Below, piece by piece: positions 1-11,229 of a DNA stretch of 64,000 nt. The stretch is from Macrostomum lignano (lineage: Eukaryota), in assembly GCA_002269645.1 (NCBI GenBank), contig NIVC01000067.1:1065214-1129213 (forward strand). Reading direction: 5' to 3'. Below the pieces are notes generated by a model that did no database searches, was not told the DNA's origin, and saw only the letters and a program-made list of their open reading frames with translations. Each line of letters begins with the position of its first letter. Position 1 is the first letter of the stretch. The translations under genes were made by a program, and so were the position numbers.

Positions 1-243
1 GTCTCAAATGAGGTTACTCAGAGGACGAGTGTCTCAAATGAGGTTACTCAGAGGACGAGTGTCTCAAATGAGGTTACTCAGAGGACGAGTGTCTCAAATG
101 AGGTTACTCAGAGGACGAGTGTCTCAAATGAGGTTACTCAGAGGACGAGTGTCTCAAATGAGGTTACTCAGAGGACGAGTGTCTCAAATGAGGTTACTTA
201 GAGGACGAGTGTCTCAAATGAGGTTACTTAGAGGACGGGTGTC
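1..243. repeat. 30-bp minisatellite (GTCTCAAATGAGGTTACTCAGAGGACGAGT), ~8 copies, runs off the window start; probably intronic in PITPNM
   Basis: Near-perfect 30-bp period read directly; the 8..259 ORF is its artefact. Confidence 0.95.
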
Positions 244-523
244 TCAACGCCGAGATTAAGCAGAGGACGATTGTCCTAAACTAGGTTTATCTGATGGAAA
301 TTTCTAAAATGGAAAATGGCTCAGAGGATCAAGACTTAAATTTGGGTTGCTCAGAGAATGAATATCCGTATTTTGAATCGCTCTACGACGAAGGAGTAAA
401 ACAGGACTGCCTGAAATTCCGCGGAAATAGATTCGCTAGGACCGGTAGAATTGCCTATTCGCCCGCCGCTAGCAGGCAGAAAAAAAACACCCACCCCTAC
501 ATACCGTTGCCTACCCCGCATAG

Positions 524-3500
524 CAACAGTACACGTCGCAGTCGATGCTCAGTCGGACGCCGACCCTGAATTCGACGCCCTGTCCATCTCCGACGAATAC
601 TTCGACGCCCGCTCCGAGATCGCCGAGACGGCCTCCTTTGCCACCTGTGCCAGCAGCTACACCCTCGTTAACAGCCGGTCCTCGACGCTCACCTCGCCCG
701 GGCCACCGCCGCCGCCGCCGCCTCCACCGCCGCCACAGGAGCTTCCGCACCAGCGGCCCCATCAACACCACCACCACCATCAGCAGCAGCAGCGCGTGCT
801 ATTTCTAGTCCTACACGGTGGCAGCGTGCTTGACACCAACCACGAGTACCACAACAAACACGCCGACGCCAGCACTCTGCGCAGCTGCCTCAACGCTGTC
901 GCCCAATCGTCGCCGGCCTATCGACGCCTGCGCGGCCGATTCGCCGTCCGACTGGTGTCGTCGCCGCCTCTGGTTGCCGCCTCGCTGCAACGCCTAGCGG
1001 CGGTGTCGCCCTACAACTACCGGCTGCAGCGATCGTCGGCTGACGCTTCTCTGGCGCTGTCTTTCGATCACGCGCCGATCGCCACCGTGCCGCTACTGAT
1101 GACGTCGACGCCCGACTATCCGGGCCTACTGGCTGGCGTGGCGCGGCGGCTCAACGAGAGGCGGCGAGAATTTCTGGCTACTGATGAGGGCAAAGAGTTT
1201 GCCAATGCCAGGGTGCGTTTTTTGGTATCTGTCACTCTCGGATGCACGTGTATCTGTCACTCTCGGATGCACATGTATCTGTCACTCTCGGATGCACATT
1301 TATCTGTCACTCTCGGATGCACATGTATCTGTCACTCTCGGATGCACATGTATCTGTCACTCTCGGATGCACATGTATCTGTCACGCTTAGACCTATCAT
1401 TCATGCTAGGATGTATGACTTTATCTCTCTCTCAGTTGATGTTTCTGTCACTATGGTGCCACTCTCGACTGCTTTTTGGCAGACTCTGTAAGTATTTCAG
1501 CTCAGTGATGCATCACTTACTTAATAGTGAAATTTATGGCACATCTCTTATATTTCGAATCCGTCTCACCCTAGGCTGGCCACTTCGCCTAACCCCATAC
1601 CCCCAGGTGTGCCTGATCGGAGACAGCATCGGCGGCATCGTCGGCTACGACATTCTGGCCAGCGTAGCCGCCACAGCCGACGCCGACAACGCCGATGATG
1701 CCGGCGACTCCAGCAACTCGACGCAAATTCGTTTGGACTTTCCGGTAGCCGACTTTTTCTTGCTGGGCTGTCCGCTGGCTCTGCTGTTGACCTACCGGCA
1801 GCTAGCGCTGGGGCAAGACAGGCTTCGTGAGTGGAACCGTGGGAAATCCATGGGGAATCTGGGGAAAGTCCATGCGACGTAAAAATCTACAGAGACCACA
1901 TTATCCCACTTATATAGACCTTTCCTTCCCTGTATTATTCGCTACTGACTGAGTTCGGAATTAAAAGGTGAATAGTGTACATAGTGTCGCGAGAAAGTAT
2001 TTGAGTTCGAGCTTACTGCTTTCTAGCATCGATGTAAGTTGTGCAGTACCTGCTAACCACATGTACTCGTAGGTAGGTAGCTTAGTAGCTACTATCCTGA
2101 TATACATGGCAGGGAGCTCAGTATAGCTACTATCCTGATAGACATGGCAGGGAGCTCAGTATAGCTACTATCCTGATAGACATGACAGGGAGCTCAGTAT
2201 AGCTACTATCCTGATAGACATGGCAGGGAGCTCAGTATAGCTACTATCCTGATAGACATGGCAGGGAGCTCAATATAGCTACTATCCTGGTGGACATGGC
2301 AGGGAGCTCAGTATAGCTACTATCCTGATAGACATGACAGGGAGCTCAGTATAGCTACTATCCTGATAGACATGACAGGGAGCTCAGTATAGCTACTATC
2401 CTGATAGACATGGCAGGGAGCTCAGTATAGCTACTATTCTGATAGACATGGCAGGGAGCTCAGTATAGCTACTATCCTGATAGACATGGCAGGGAGCTCA
2501 GTATAGCTACTATCCTGATAGACATGACAGGGAGCTCAGTATAGCTACTATTCTGATAGACATGGCAGGGAGCTCAGTATAGCTACTATCCTGATAGACA
2601 TGACAGGGAGCTCAGTATAGCTACTATCCTGATAGACATGGCAGGGAGCTCAATATAGCTACTATCCTGATAGACATGGCAGGGAGCTCAGTATAGCTAC
2701 TATCCTGATAGACACGGCAGGGAGCTCAGTATAGCTACTATCCTGATATATATGGCAGGTAAGCAGGTAGGGTAGAGACTACTACCCGCCTTAACCACGT
2801 GATTGCTAGCAAATTAGCAATCCATTTAATCCCATCTTGTTCTTCCTATACCGGGCAGCTCGGCCAGCCTGCGAGCAGGTGTACAACCTCTACCACAACA
2901 CGGATCCCTGCTCGTTCCGGCTGGAACCGCTGCTAGCCGAAAGCTTTCGCTGGTTGGCGCCGGTCTCGCTGCCCAAATGCAGCCTGCTGCCGCATAATCA
3001 GCAGCAACAGCAGAAGCACCAGCTTCAGTTGCAGATGCAGCTGCAACACCTAGCCGAGTCCATAACTCTAGTTGAGACGCTGAACACCTGTCCAGAGTTG
3101 CTGCAGTCAGAGGCATCGCATCTTCAGCCGCCTCCGCCGCCGCCGCCTCCACCGCCGCCGTCGCAACCTCCGGCCACAGCGCAAGAGCGAATCGGGTGCC
3201 GGCTATCTAGGCAGAACTCGGGCTCCAGCGGCTGTAGCGGTGGCGGAGTGGACGCCTCGCTACTGGAGCTCATGCAGGATGGTGAGACAATCACTTTGTG
3301 TGGTCTATACTACGAGCGTAACTGAGAAAAGAAACATACGCTATTATGCTAATCTCGACTCAACTTTGTTTTATCAGCTCTTTTAACCCGTCCCCGTCGC
3401 TTCTCTGCAACCCAAACCCTTCCGATTGTATTGCTTATCTGTTTGGGGGGTTTACTTCTTTGTAGCCCCGCACACAGATTTTATTGCCCCAACCTCTCAC

Positions 3501-6500
3501 CCTGCGGGGTTAAGCCTCCGTCCTCTGTAGCCCCGCACACAGATTTTATTGCCCCAACCTCTCACCCTGGGGTGTTAAGCCTCCGTCCTCTCTGTAGCCC
3601 CGCACACAGATTTTATTGCCCCAACCTCTCACCCTGCCGGGTTAAATCTCCGTCCTCTCTGTAGCCCCGCACACAGATTTTATTGCCCCAACCTCTCACC
3701 CTGCAGGGATAAGCCTCCTTCCTCTCTGTAGCCCTGCACACATATTTTACTATCCCATCCACTATTATCATGTGCTGTAATTTACCACAACTTTAGATAG
3801 CTCTTCTCCTCTAAAAAATAGCTGTCATTTTCAATGCTTGCTACTCAATTGAAATTAGGAAATTAGAATAATAATATTGCTGCCTGACACGCACCCACAG
3901 TCTGCCAGCGCTGGTGGGGCGCCAGGCGGCTGGATTACAGCCTGCACTGCCCGGATTCGCTAACCAGATTCCCCGTCAACGCTATGCCACTGCTGTTCCA
4001 CGCCAGCTATTGGGAGAGCGCCGACGCTGCCGCGTTTATTCTTCGACAGCAGATTCATGTGCCGTACGGCTCGGCTGGGCATCCGGGCGGCACATCCACG
4101 GCAGCTACATCGGTTAGAGCAGTTGATTCTTAAAAACATTTAGAATAGCTCGAATCATTTTGAGCTCGATTGTGATTGAAGATCTCACCGATTACAGATG
4201 TACCAATCTGCCAGCAGTCTTGTCGGCGATGAAGAGCTTGATCTCGTTCGAGAATCGGGAAGTACTACACCCACTCCATACTCCGGTGCCGGCCTGTCTT
4301 TCATGTCAGCCGGCGGCTCCGAGGCGTCGGCGTCTGGAAAGAAACGCCTTCGAAGACGCTTGACTGGCGGGGTTCGATTGAAGGTACTTTAATTTTATTT
4401 TATGAATTTTTCAAATATTATAATGATAGTTGCCTATTCGCCTACTGATATAAGCAGTAAGTAAATTATTTTTGCCTAATTTAATAAGACACAGAAAAAG
4501 CGATTTTTAAGTATTTTAGCTTATATAAAAACCGGCCTTTGAAGTTTGACTGGCGAGTGTCTTTGCTGGAGGGGCGATTATTGTAAACACTTCACTGGCA
4601 GTAGCCAATAAAATTTGAAGCCCGAATAAATTATACTGTTGATTCTTAAATGGTTTATGTGTGCTAGTGCGACTACTGATCAGCGTACTAAGTAGAGAAG
4701 TAGTCAATTTTTTCTACCTACTTTTTCTCTCAATTCTCTTCATGAAAACCAGTCCGCCTGTCTGCCTCATATTACTGTGGTAAGGATCGCTATATGAGTA
4801 GTCAAGTTGGATTTATCCTGCCATAAAATTCTATTTGTTTTGTCGATGTTTTATGGCGTCGAGAGTAGCGAATGAGTTTTGTGCTATTACAAAAACTGTG
4901 GTAAATTTAACTTCGCCTGCTCATTAAAATGCGCACCGTCTTTGTTGTTTATGTCTATATGTAGCTCTATGAGTCTTTGCTTGGGTCGCGTGGCTACCAG
5001 TGGTCCAGCACTCTGATACTGATGGCCTTCCGGTTGTAAAAAAATTCTTTCATTTTTAATAAAGATTCGCATCTTACTACTTAGATGAAGTAGTGCAATT
5101 TGAGAACGATTTTTTAAAGTAGTTTTTGTTTGTGCAATAAAACATTTTACTGTTGTATCGCATTGGTAGGGAGGCGCAGCAGTGTTACATAATTTAAAGG
5201 CATTGTTATAAATCCATGCTATTGTTTAATTTCATTTGTTTCTAATTTGATTGCTACAAAATGCTTATATGCATTGTTAGCTTTTCTACTATTGTAGTCC
5301 GGGTAGGTTAGCCTTCTCCAGCTTAGAACTCGATTATGAGTCGCTTTTATAAAACTTATCCAATCTTGCTATTTTTAGCACGCGACAGCCAATCACAGAG
5401 CGAATGACGTCATCGTGACGGAGGGCCAATCGCAGGTGGTGACAGCCAGGTTCATGTACGGACCGCTGGACATGCTGTCACTGTCCGATGAAATTGTAAG
5501 TAAAGTGGAGACAGGACAGAGTAGGTTTAGAAGGAGTGCAGATAAAAGAGAAGTGATAAGATATGAGACAGTATATACGAATTAGGGGAGATAAGCCAGA
5601 TGGGAGATAAGCCAGATGGGAGATAAGCCAGATGGGAGATAAGCCAGATGGGAGATAAGCCAGATGGGAGATAAGCCAGATGGGAGATAAGCCAGATGGG
5701 AGATAAGCCAGATGGGAGATAAGCCAGATGGGAGATAAGCCAGATGGGAGATAAGCCAGATGGGAGATAAGCCAGATGGGAGATAAGCCAGATGGGAGAT
5801 AAGCCAGATGGGAGATAAGCCAGATGGGAGATAAGCCAGATGGGAGATAAGCCAGATGGGAGATAAGCCAGATGGGAGATAAGCCAGATGGGAGATAAGC
5901 CAGATGGGAGATAAGCCAGATGGGAGATAAGCCAGATGGGAGATAAGCCAGATGGGAGATAAGCCAGATGGGAGATAAGCCAGATGGGAGATAAGTCAGA
6001 TGGGAGATAAGCCAGATGGGAGATAAGCCAGATGGGAGATAAGCAAGATGGGAGATAAGCCAGATGGGAGATAAGCCAGATGGGAGATAAGCCAGATGGG
6101 AGATAAGCCAGATGGGAGATAAGCCAGATGGGAGATAAGCCAGATGGGAGATAAGCCAGATGGGAGATAAGCCAGATGGGAGATAAGCCAGATGGGAGAT
6201 AAGCCAGATGGGAGATAAGCCAGATGGGAGATAAGCCAGATGGGAGATAAGCCAGATGGGGGATAAGCCAGATGGGAGATAAGCCAGATGGGAGATAAGA
6301 GAGATTGGGTGAAATGAATTTCAAAGTAATTATTTGCGAAAGCAAACAGGCAACCTTGCCCTACCCCACCGCCTCCCCTCGGAGCAGATCGACATCCATT
6401 CGCTGAGCCAGCCGCCCAGCGGAGACTGGACCTACCTGGGCAGCGGTCGGACGGACAGCCACGGCAAGTTGAGCTTCGCTCTGCCCACCGATCGCCGCCT

Positions 6501-9500
6501 GCCGCTCGGCTCGCACACCTTAAAACTGGTTGCGAGGTCGGATCTCACCTGCGCCGATCTTAATCTGGCCGTTGTGCCGCCGAATACGGAGTGCGTGGCC
6601 TTCTCTATTGATGGCTCCTTTGCCGCCAGCGTGTCACTTATGGGCGGCGACCCTAAGGTAAGCGTTTGTTATGGGTGCTCTGCTCAATTAGGATGGTATA
6701 ATGGCATGAGAAATCTCCCCGATTGAGATGGGATAATGGCATGAGAAATCTCACCAGTTGAGATGGGATAATGGCATGAGAAATCTCACCAGTTGAGATG
6801 GGATAATGGCATGAGAAATCTCCCCAGTTGAGATGGGAAAATGGCATGAGAAATCTCACCTGTTGAGATGAGACAATGGCAGGAGAAATCTCACCTGTTG
6901 AGATGAGACAATGGCAGGAGAAATCTCACCTGTTGAGATGAGACAATGGCAGGAGAAATCTCCCCGATTGAGATGGGATAATGGCATGAGAAATCTCCCC
7001 AGTTGAGAAGGGATTATGGCATGAGAAATCTCACGTGTTGAGAAGGGATAATGGCATGAGAAATCTCCCCAGTTGAGATGGGAAAATGGCATGAGAAATC
7101 TCCCCAGTTGAGAAGGGATAATGGCATGAGAAATCTCCCCAGTTGAGAAGGGATAATGGCATGAGAAATCTCCCCAGTTGAGAAGGGATAATGGCATGAG
7201 AAATCTCCCCAGTTGAAATGGGATAATTTGGGAAAATGGCACCACGCCCGACTCGCTTGCCCATCAGGTCCGTCCCGGTTCAGTGGACGTGGCCAGGCAC
7301 TGGCAGGACCTGGGCTACCTGCTGCTGTACGTGACCGCCCGGCCGGACATGCAGCTGCGCCGGGTGCTTGGCTGGCTCGCCAGACACAATTTTCCTCACG
7401 GCATGCTGTTCTTTGCCGACGGACTGTCGGCCGACGCAATGCGACAGAAGGCGGCCTGCTTGCAACGGCTGACGGCCCAGACTGGCCTGCGGCTGCACGC
7501 GGCCTACGGCTCGGCCAAGGACGTGCCGGCATTCAGGGCTGTGGGGGCCAGGCACGTGTTCGTTGTGGGCAGGGGCGGCAGGAAGTGGGCGGGACTGGCC
7601 ACGGTGAGTTCTATGCTAATCGTCAGGTCCCCGCTTAGAGTGTCAGATCCCCGCTTAGACTGTCAGATCCCCGCTTACAGTGTCAGATCCCCGCTTAGAG
7701 TGTGAGATCCCCGCTTAGAGTCTCAGATCCCCGCTTAGAGTGTCAGATCCCCGCTTAGAGTCTCAGATCCCCGCTTAGAGTGTCAGATCCCCGCTTACAG
7801 TGTCAGATCCCCGCTTAGAGTGTGAGATCCCCGCTTAGAGTCTCAGATCCCCGCTTAGAGTGTCAGATCCCCGCTTAGAGTCTCAGATCCCCGCTTAGAG
7901 TGTCAGATCCCCGCTTAGAGTGTCAGATCCCCGCTTAGAGTGTCAGATCCCCGCTTAGAGTGTCAGATCCCCGCTTACAGTGTCAGATCCCCGCTTAGAG
8001 TCTCAGATCTCCGCTTAGAGTGTCAGATCCCCGCTTAGAGTGTCAGATCCCCGCTTAGAGTGTCAGATCCCCGCTTAGAGTGTGAGATCCCCGCTTAGAG
8101 TGTCAGATCCCCGCTTAGAGTGTCAGATCCCCGCTTAGAGTGTCAGATCCCCGCTTAGAGTCTCAGATCCCCGCTTAGAGTGTCAGATCCCCGCTTAGAG
8201 TGTCAGATCCCCGCTTAGAGTGTCAGATCCCCGCTTAGAGTGTCAGATCCCCGCTTAGAGTCTCAGATCTCCGCTTAGAGTGTCAGATCCCCGCTTAGAG
8301 TGTCAGATCCCCGCTTAGAGTGTCAGATCCCCACTTAGAGTGTCAGATCCCACTGATCATCAGATCTTCATCAGTAAAAGTGTCAGTCCCCATGATCAAG
8401 TGTCAGATCCCTACCATAAAAGGGCCAGACCCCCATGATCAAAGTGTCAGATCCCCATCATCAAAGTGTCAGATCCCCATCATCAAAGAGTCAGATCCCC
8501 ATCATCAAAGTGTCAGATTCCCATCATCAAAGTGTCAGATCCCTATCATCAAAGTGTCAGATCCCCATCATCAAAGTGTCAGATCCCCATCTTCTTAAAA
8601 TAGTCAGATCCCCATCATCAAAGTGTCAGAACTCCATCATCAAAGTGTCAGAACTCCATCATCAAAGTGTCAGAACTCCATCATCAAAGTGTCAGAACTC
8701 CCATCATCAAATTAGTGTAAGATTTGCATCATCAAAGTGTCAGATCTGCATCATCAAAGTGTCAGATCTGCATCATCAAAGTGTCAGATCTGCATCATCA
8801 AAGTGTCAGATCTGCATCATCAAAGTGTCAGATCTGCATCATCAAAGTGTCAGATCTGCATCATCAAAGTGTCAGATCTGCATCATCAAAGTGTCAGATC
8901 TGCATCATCAAAGTGTCAGATCTGCATCATCAAAGTGTCAGATCTGCATCATCAAAGTGTCAGATCTGCATCATCAAAGTGTCAGATCTGCATCATCAAA
9001 GTGTCAGATCTGCATCATCAAAGTGTCAGATCTGCATCATCAAAGTGTCAGATCTGCATCATCAAAGTGTCAGATCCCCATCATCAAAGTGTCAGATCTG
9101 CATCATCAAAGTGTCAGATCTGCATCATCAAAGTGTCAGATCCCGATCATCAAAGTGTCAGATCCCCATCATCAAAGTGTCAGATCCCGATCATCAAAGT
9201 GTCAGATCCCCATCATCAAAGTGTCAGATCCCGATCATCAAAGTGTCAGATCCCCATCATCAAAGTGTCAGATCCCGATCATCAAAGTGTCAGATCCCCA
9301 TCATCAAAGTGTCAGATCCCGATCATCAAAGTGTCAGAATCTGTCCAATCCCGCAGCCTCTGACGGACGGCTACGCTGCCCACTTGGCCAGCCTGCAGTC
9401 CGGCCATGAGAGCTCCCGCCCGGCCAGCGGCTCTGGCCGCGCCTTCTTCCGACGAGGCTGCTTCGGCCTCGCTTCGGCGACAGCGACGTCGACGGCGGCG

Positions 9501-9668
9501 GCGGCGACGGTAGCGTCGACCTCAGCAGCTTCGCCAGCGCTGGGAGGCACCCGCCTCGATCCCAGCCGGCTGGCGGCCACAGCACGGGGCCCGGCCGCCT
9601 CGCCGCGCGGCTCCTCGCCGTTGATGGCGCCGCGCAGTCCGGCAGCCTCGCTGTTGAAAACCAAGTGA
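524..9668 (+). CDS. PITPNM: Membrane-associated phosphatidylinositol transfer protein (PITPNM/Nir/rdgB-alpha family), 3' part; N-terminal PITP domain lies upstream of the window
   Basis: In-frame GT-AG exon chain: ~524(or 530)-1212, 1607-1826, 2859-3281, 3901-4112, 4198-4383, 5379-5495, 6388-6657, 7268-7603, 9357-9668. Family motifs: [52 protein letters not shown] and [23 protein letters not shown] (DDHD); [17 protein letters not shown]; [50 protein letters not shown] (LNS2); DGYAAHL. Confidence 0.93.
1226..1385. repeat. 25-bp intronic minisatellite (TATCTGTCACTCTCGGATGCACATG), ~6 copies
   Basis: Direct reading; begins just after the 1213 donor. Confidence 0.9.
2085..2757. repeat. 38-bp intronic minisatellite (CATGGCAGGGAGCTCAGTATAGCTACTATCCTGATAGA), ~17 copies
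   Basis: Direct reading. Confidence 0.95.
3461..3745. repeat. 65-67-bp intronic tandem repeat, ~4 copies
   Basis: TGTAGCCCCGCACACAG recurs at 3461, 3526, 3593 and 3660. Confidence 0.9.
5586..6298. repeat. 16-bp intronic minisatellite (GGGAGATAAGCCAGAT), ~44 copies
   Basis: Direct reading; nearly homogeneous. Confidence 0.97.
6690..7232. repeat. 36-bp intronic minisatellite (GAGATGGGATAATGGCATGAGAAATCTCCCCAGTT-type), ~14 copies
   Basis: Direct reading. Confidence 0.93.
7621..8345. repeat. 20-bp intronic minisatellite (GTGTCAGATCCCCGCTTAGA), ~35 copies
   Basis: Direct reading. Confidence 0.95.
8346..9338. repeat. 22-bp intronic minisatellite (AAGTGTCAGATC(CC/TG)CATCATCA), ~44 copies, fused to the preceding 20-bp array
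   Basis: Direct reading; shares GTGTCAGATC with the 20-bp unit. Confidence 0.95.
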
Positions 9669-9916
9669 CAAACTTGTTTTATACGTTAATTATTGCCAGT
9701 GCATTTCCTAATTTACTTTCGAGTCTAGCTTGATTAAACTTATGGTGATTAATAATATCGCTACAAATTATATTTCTGCTGTTGCTTCTATGCAATTATA
9801 TTACTATCTCTCTGTTTTACAAATCCGCTTTATACTAGATTGTAGATCTTCTTTTGGACTGCAAACCATCTTTTGCAAGCTGTTGCTTTTATGCTTTAGC
9901 ACTTTCTTAGCCAAGT

Positions 9917-10502
9917 GATCCTATTGCTGATCTCAACCCTCACCCTATTTGCCAACAGTCACGTGATCCTAACCCTCACCCTATTTGCCAACAGTCACGT
10001 GATCCTAACCCTCACCCTATTTGCCAACAGTCACGTGATCCTAACCCTCACCCTATTGATCAACAGTCACGTGATCCTAACCCTCACCCTATTGATCAAC
10101 AGTCACGTGATCCTAACCCTCACCCTATTTGCCAACAGTCACGTGATCCTAACCCTCACCCTATTTGCCAACAGTCACGTGATCCTAACCCTCACTCTAT
10201 TGATCAACAGTCACGTGATCCTAACCCTCACCCTATTGATCAACAGTCACGTGATCCTAACCCTCACCCTATTGATCAACAGTCACGTGATCCTAACCCT
10301 CACCCTATTGATCAACAGTCACGTGATCCTAACCCTCACTCTATTGATCAACAGTCACGTGATCCTAACCCTCACCCTATTGATCAACAGTCACGTGATC
10401 CTAACCCTCACCCTATTGATCAACAGTCACGTGATCCTAACCCTCACTCTATTGATCAACAGTCACGTGATCCTAACCCTCACCCTATTGATCAACAGTC
10501 GC
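9917..10502. repeat. 36-bp minisatellite (GATCCTAACCCTCACCCTATT(TGCC/GATC)AACAGTCACGT), ~16 copies
   Basis: Direct reading; 12-aa periodicity in ORF 9915..10568. Confidence 0.95.
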
Positions 10503-11229
10503 GTGATTCTCGGCCCGAACCAGATTGATCAGCATTCTTTTTACCCAATTGAAGTTTTACTTTCATAGCTTGCTTCTAATTATTGAATTAAATAGAGCCA
10601 CAATTATAATCGAAAAATTCCTATTGCTGATACATTCTGCACTTCTTCGTCTACTTTTTTTCATTTTGCAAGCAGTATACCTACGCTAAAAACTTTGCAA
10701 GTCACGTCCTATTTTTGCATTTTACCGTCCATCTGAAATGCGTCGGATTAGTGTTTACAAGCAATAAATGTTTTTTTTGAGTTTCCTTTAGCAGCTGTTG
10801 TCAGTGATAGTCTTTTGTTATTTCAAAAATGCGTATTGTTCCTATTATTTTCCTGCTCGATTGTTTTAGCTTTCAAATAGATTCTCAAACAGCATAAGCT
10901 CTGTTGTATGAAAGAACTCGATATTAAAAGTTCTCTGCGGAAATAATCCAACTAATCTCTGTTGATAAAGTGTTTCTTCTTTATTACTCAAAATTCATTG
11001 ACGTCGCGGTTGCAGAAGATTAATATGACGCCATAGTTACTAAAACTTTTAATGGATTCAAATGGTCGTTTTGGTTACACGAAGCCAGATGACTTCATAG
11101 GTCATAGTTACACAAAGTGAATGTGACGTCATACGTGTATATATTACACATGTCTGCAGAAAGATAAAGTGATGTCACAAATGCAATGACGCCAAAGTTG
11201 AAGGCGATGTTGTAAAACTGACGCCATAG

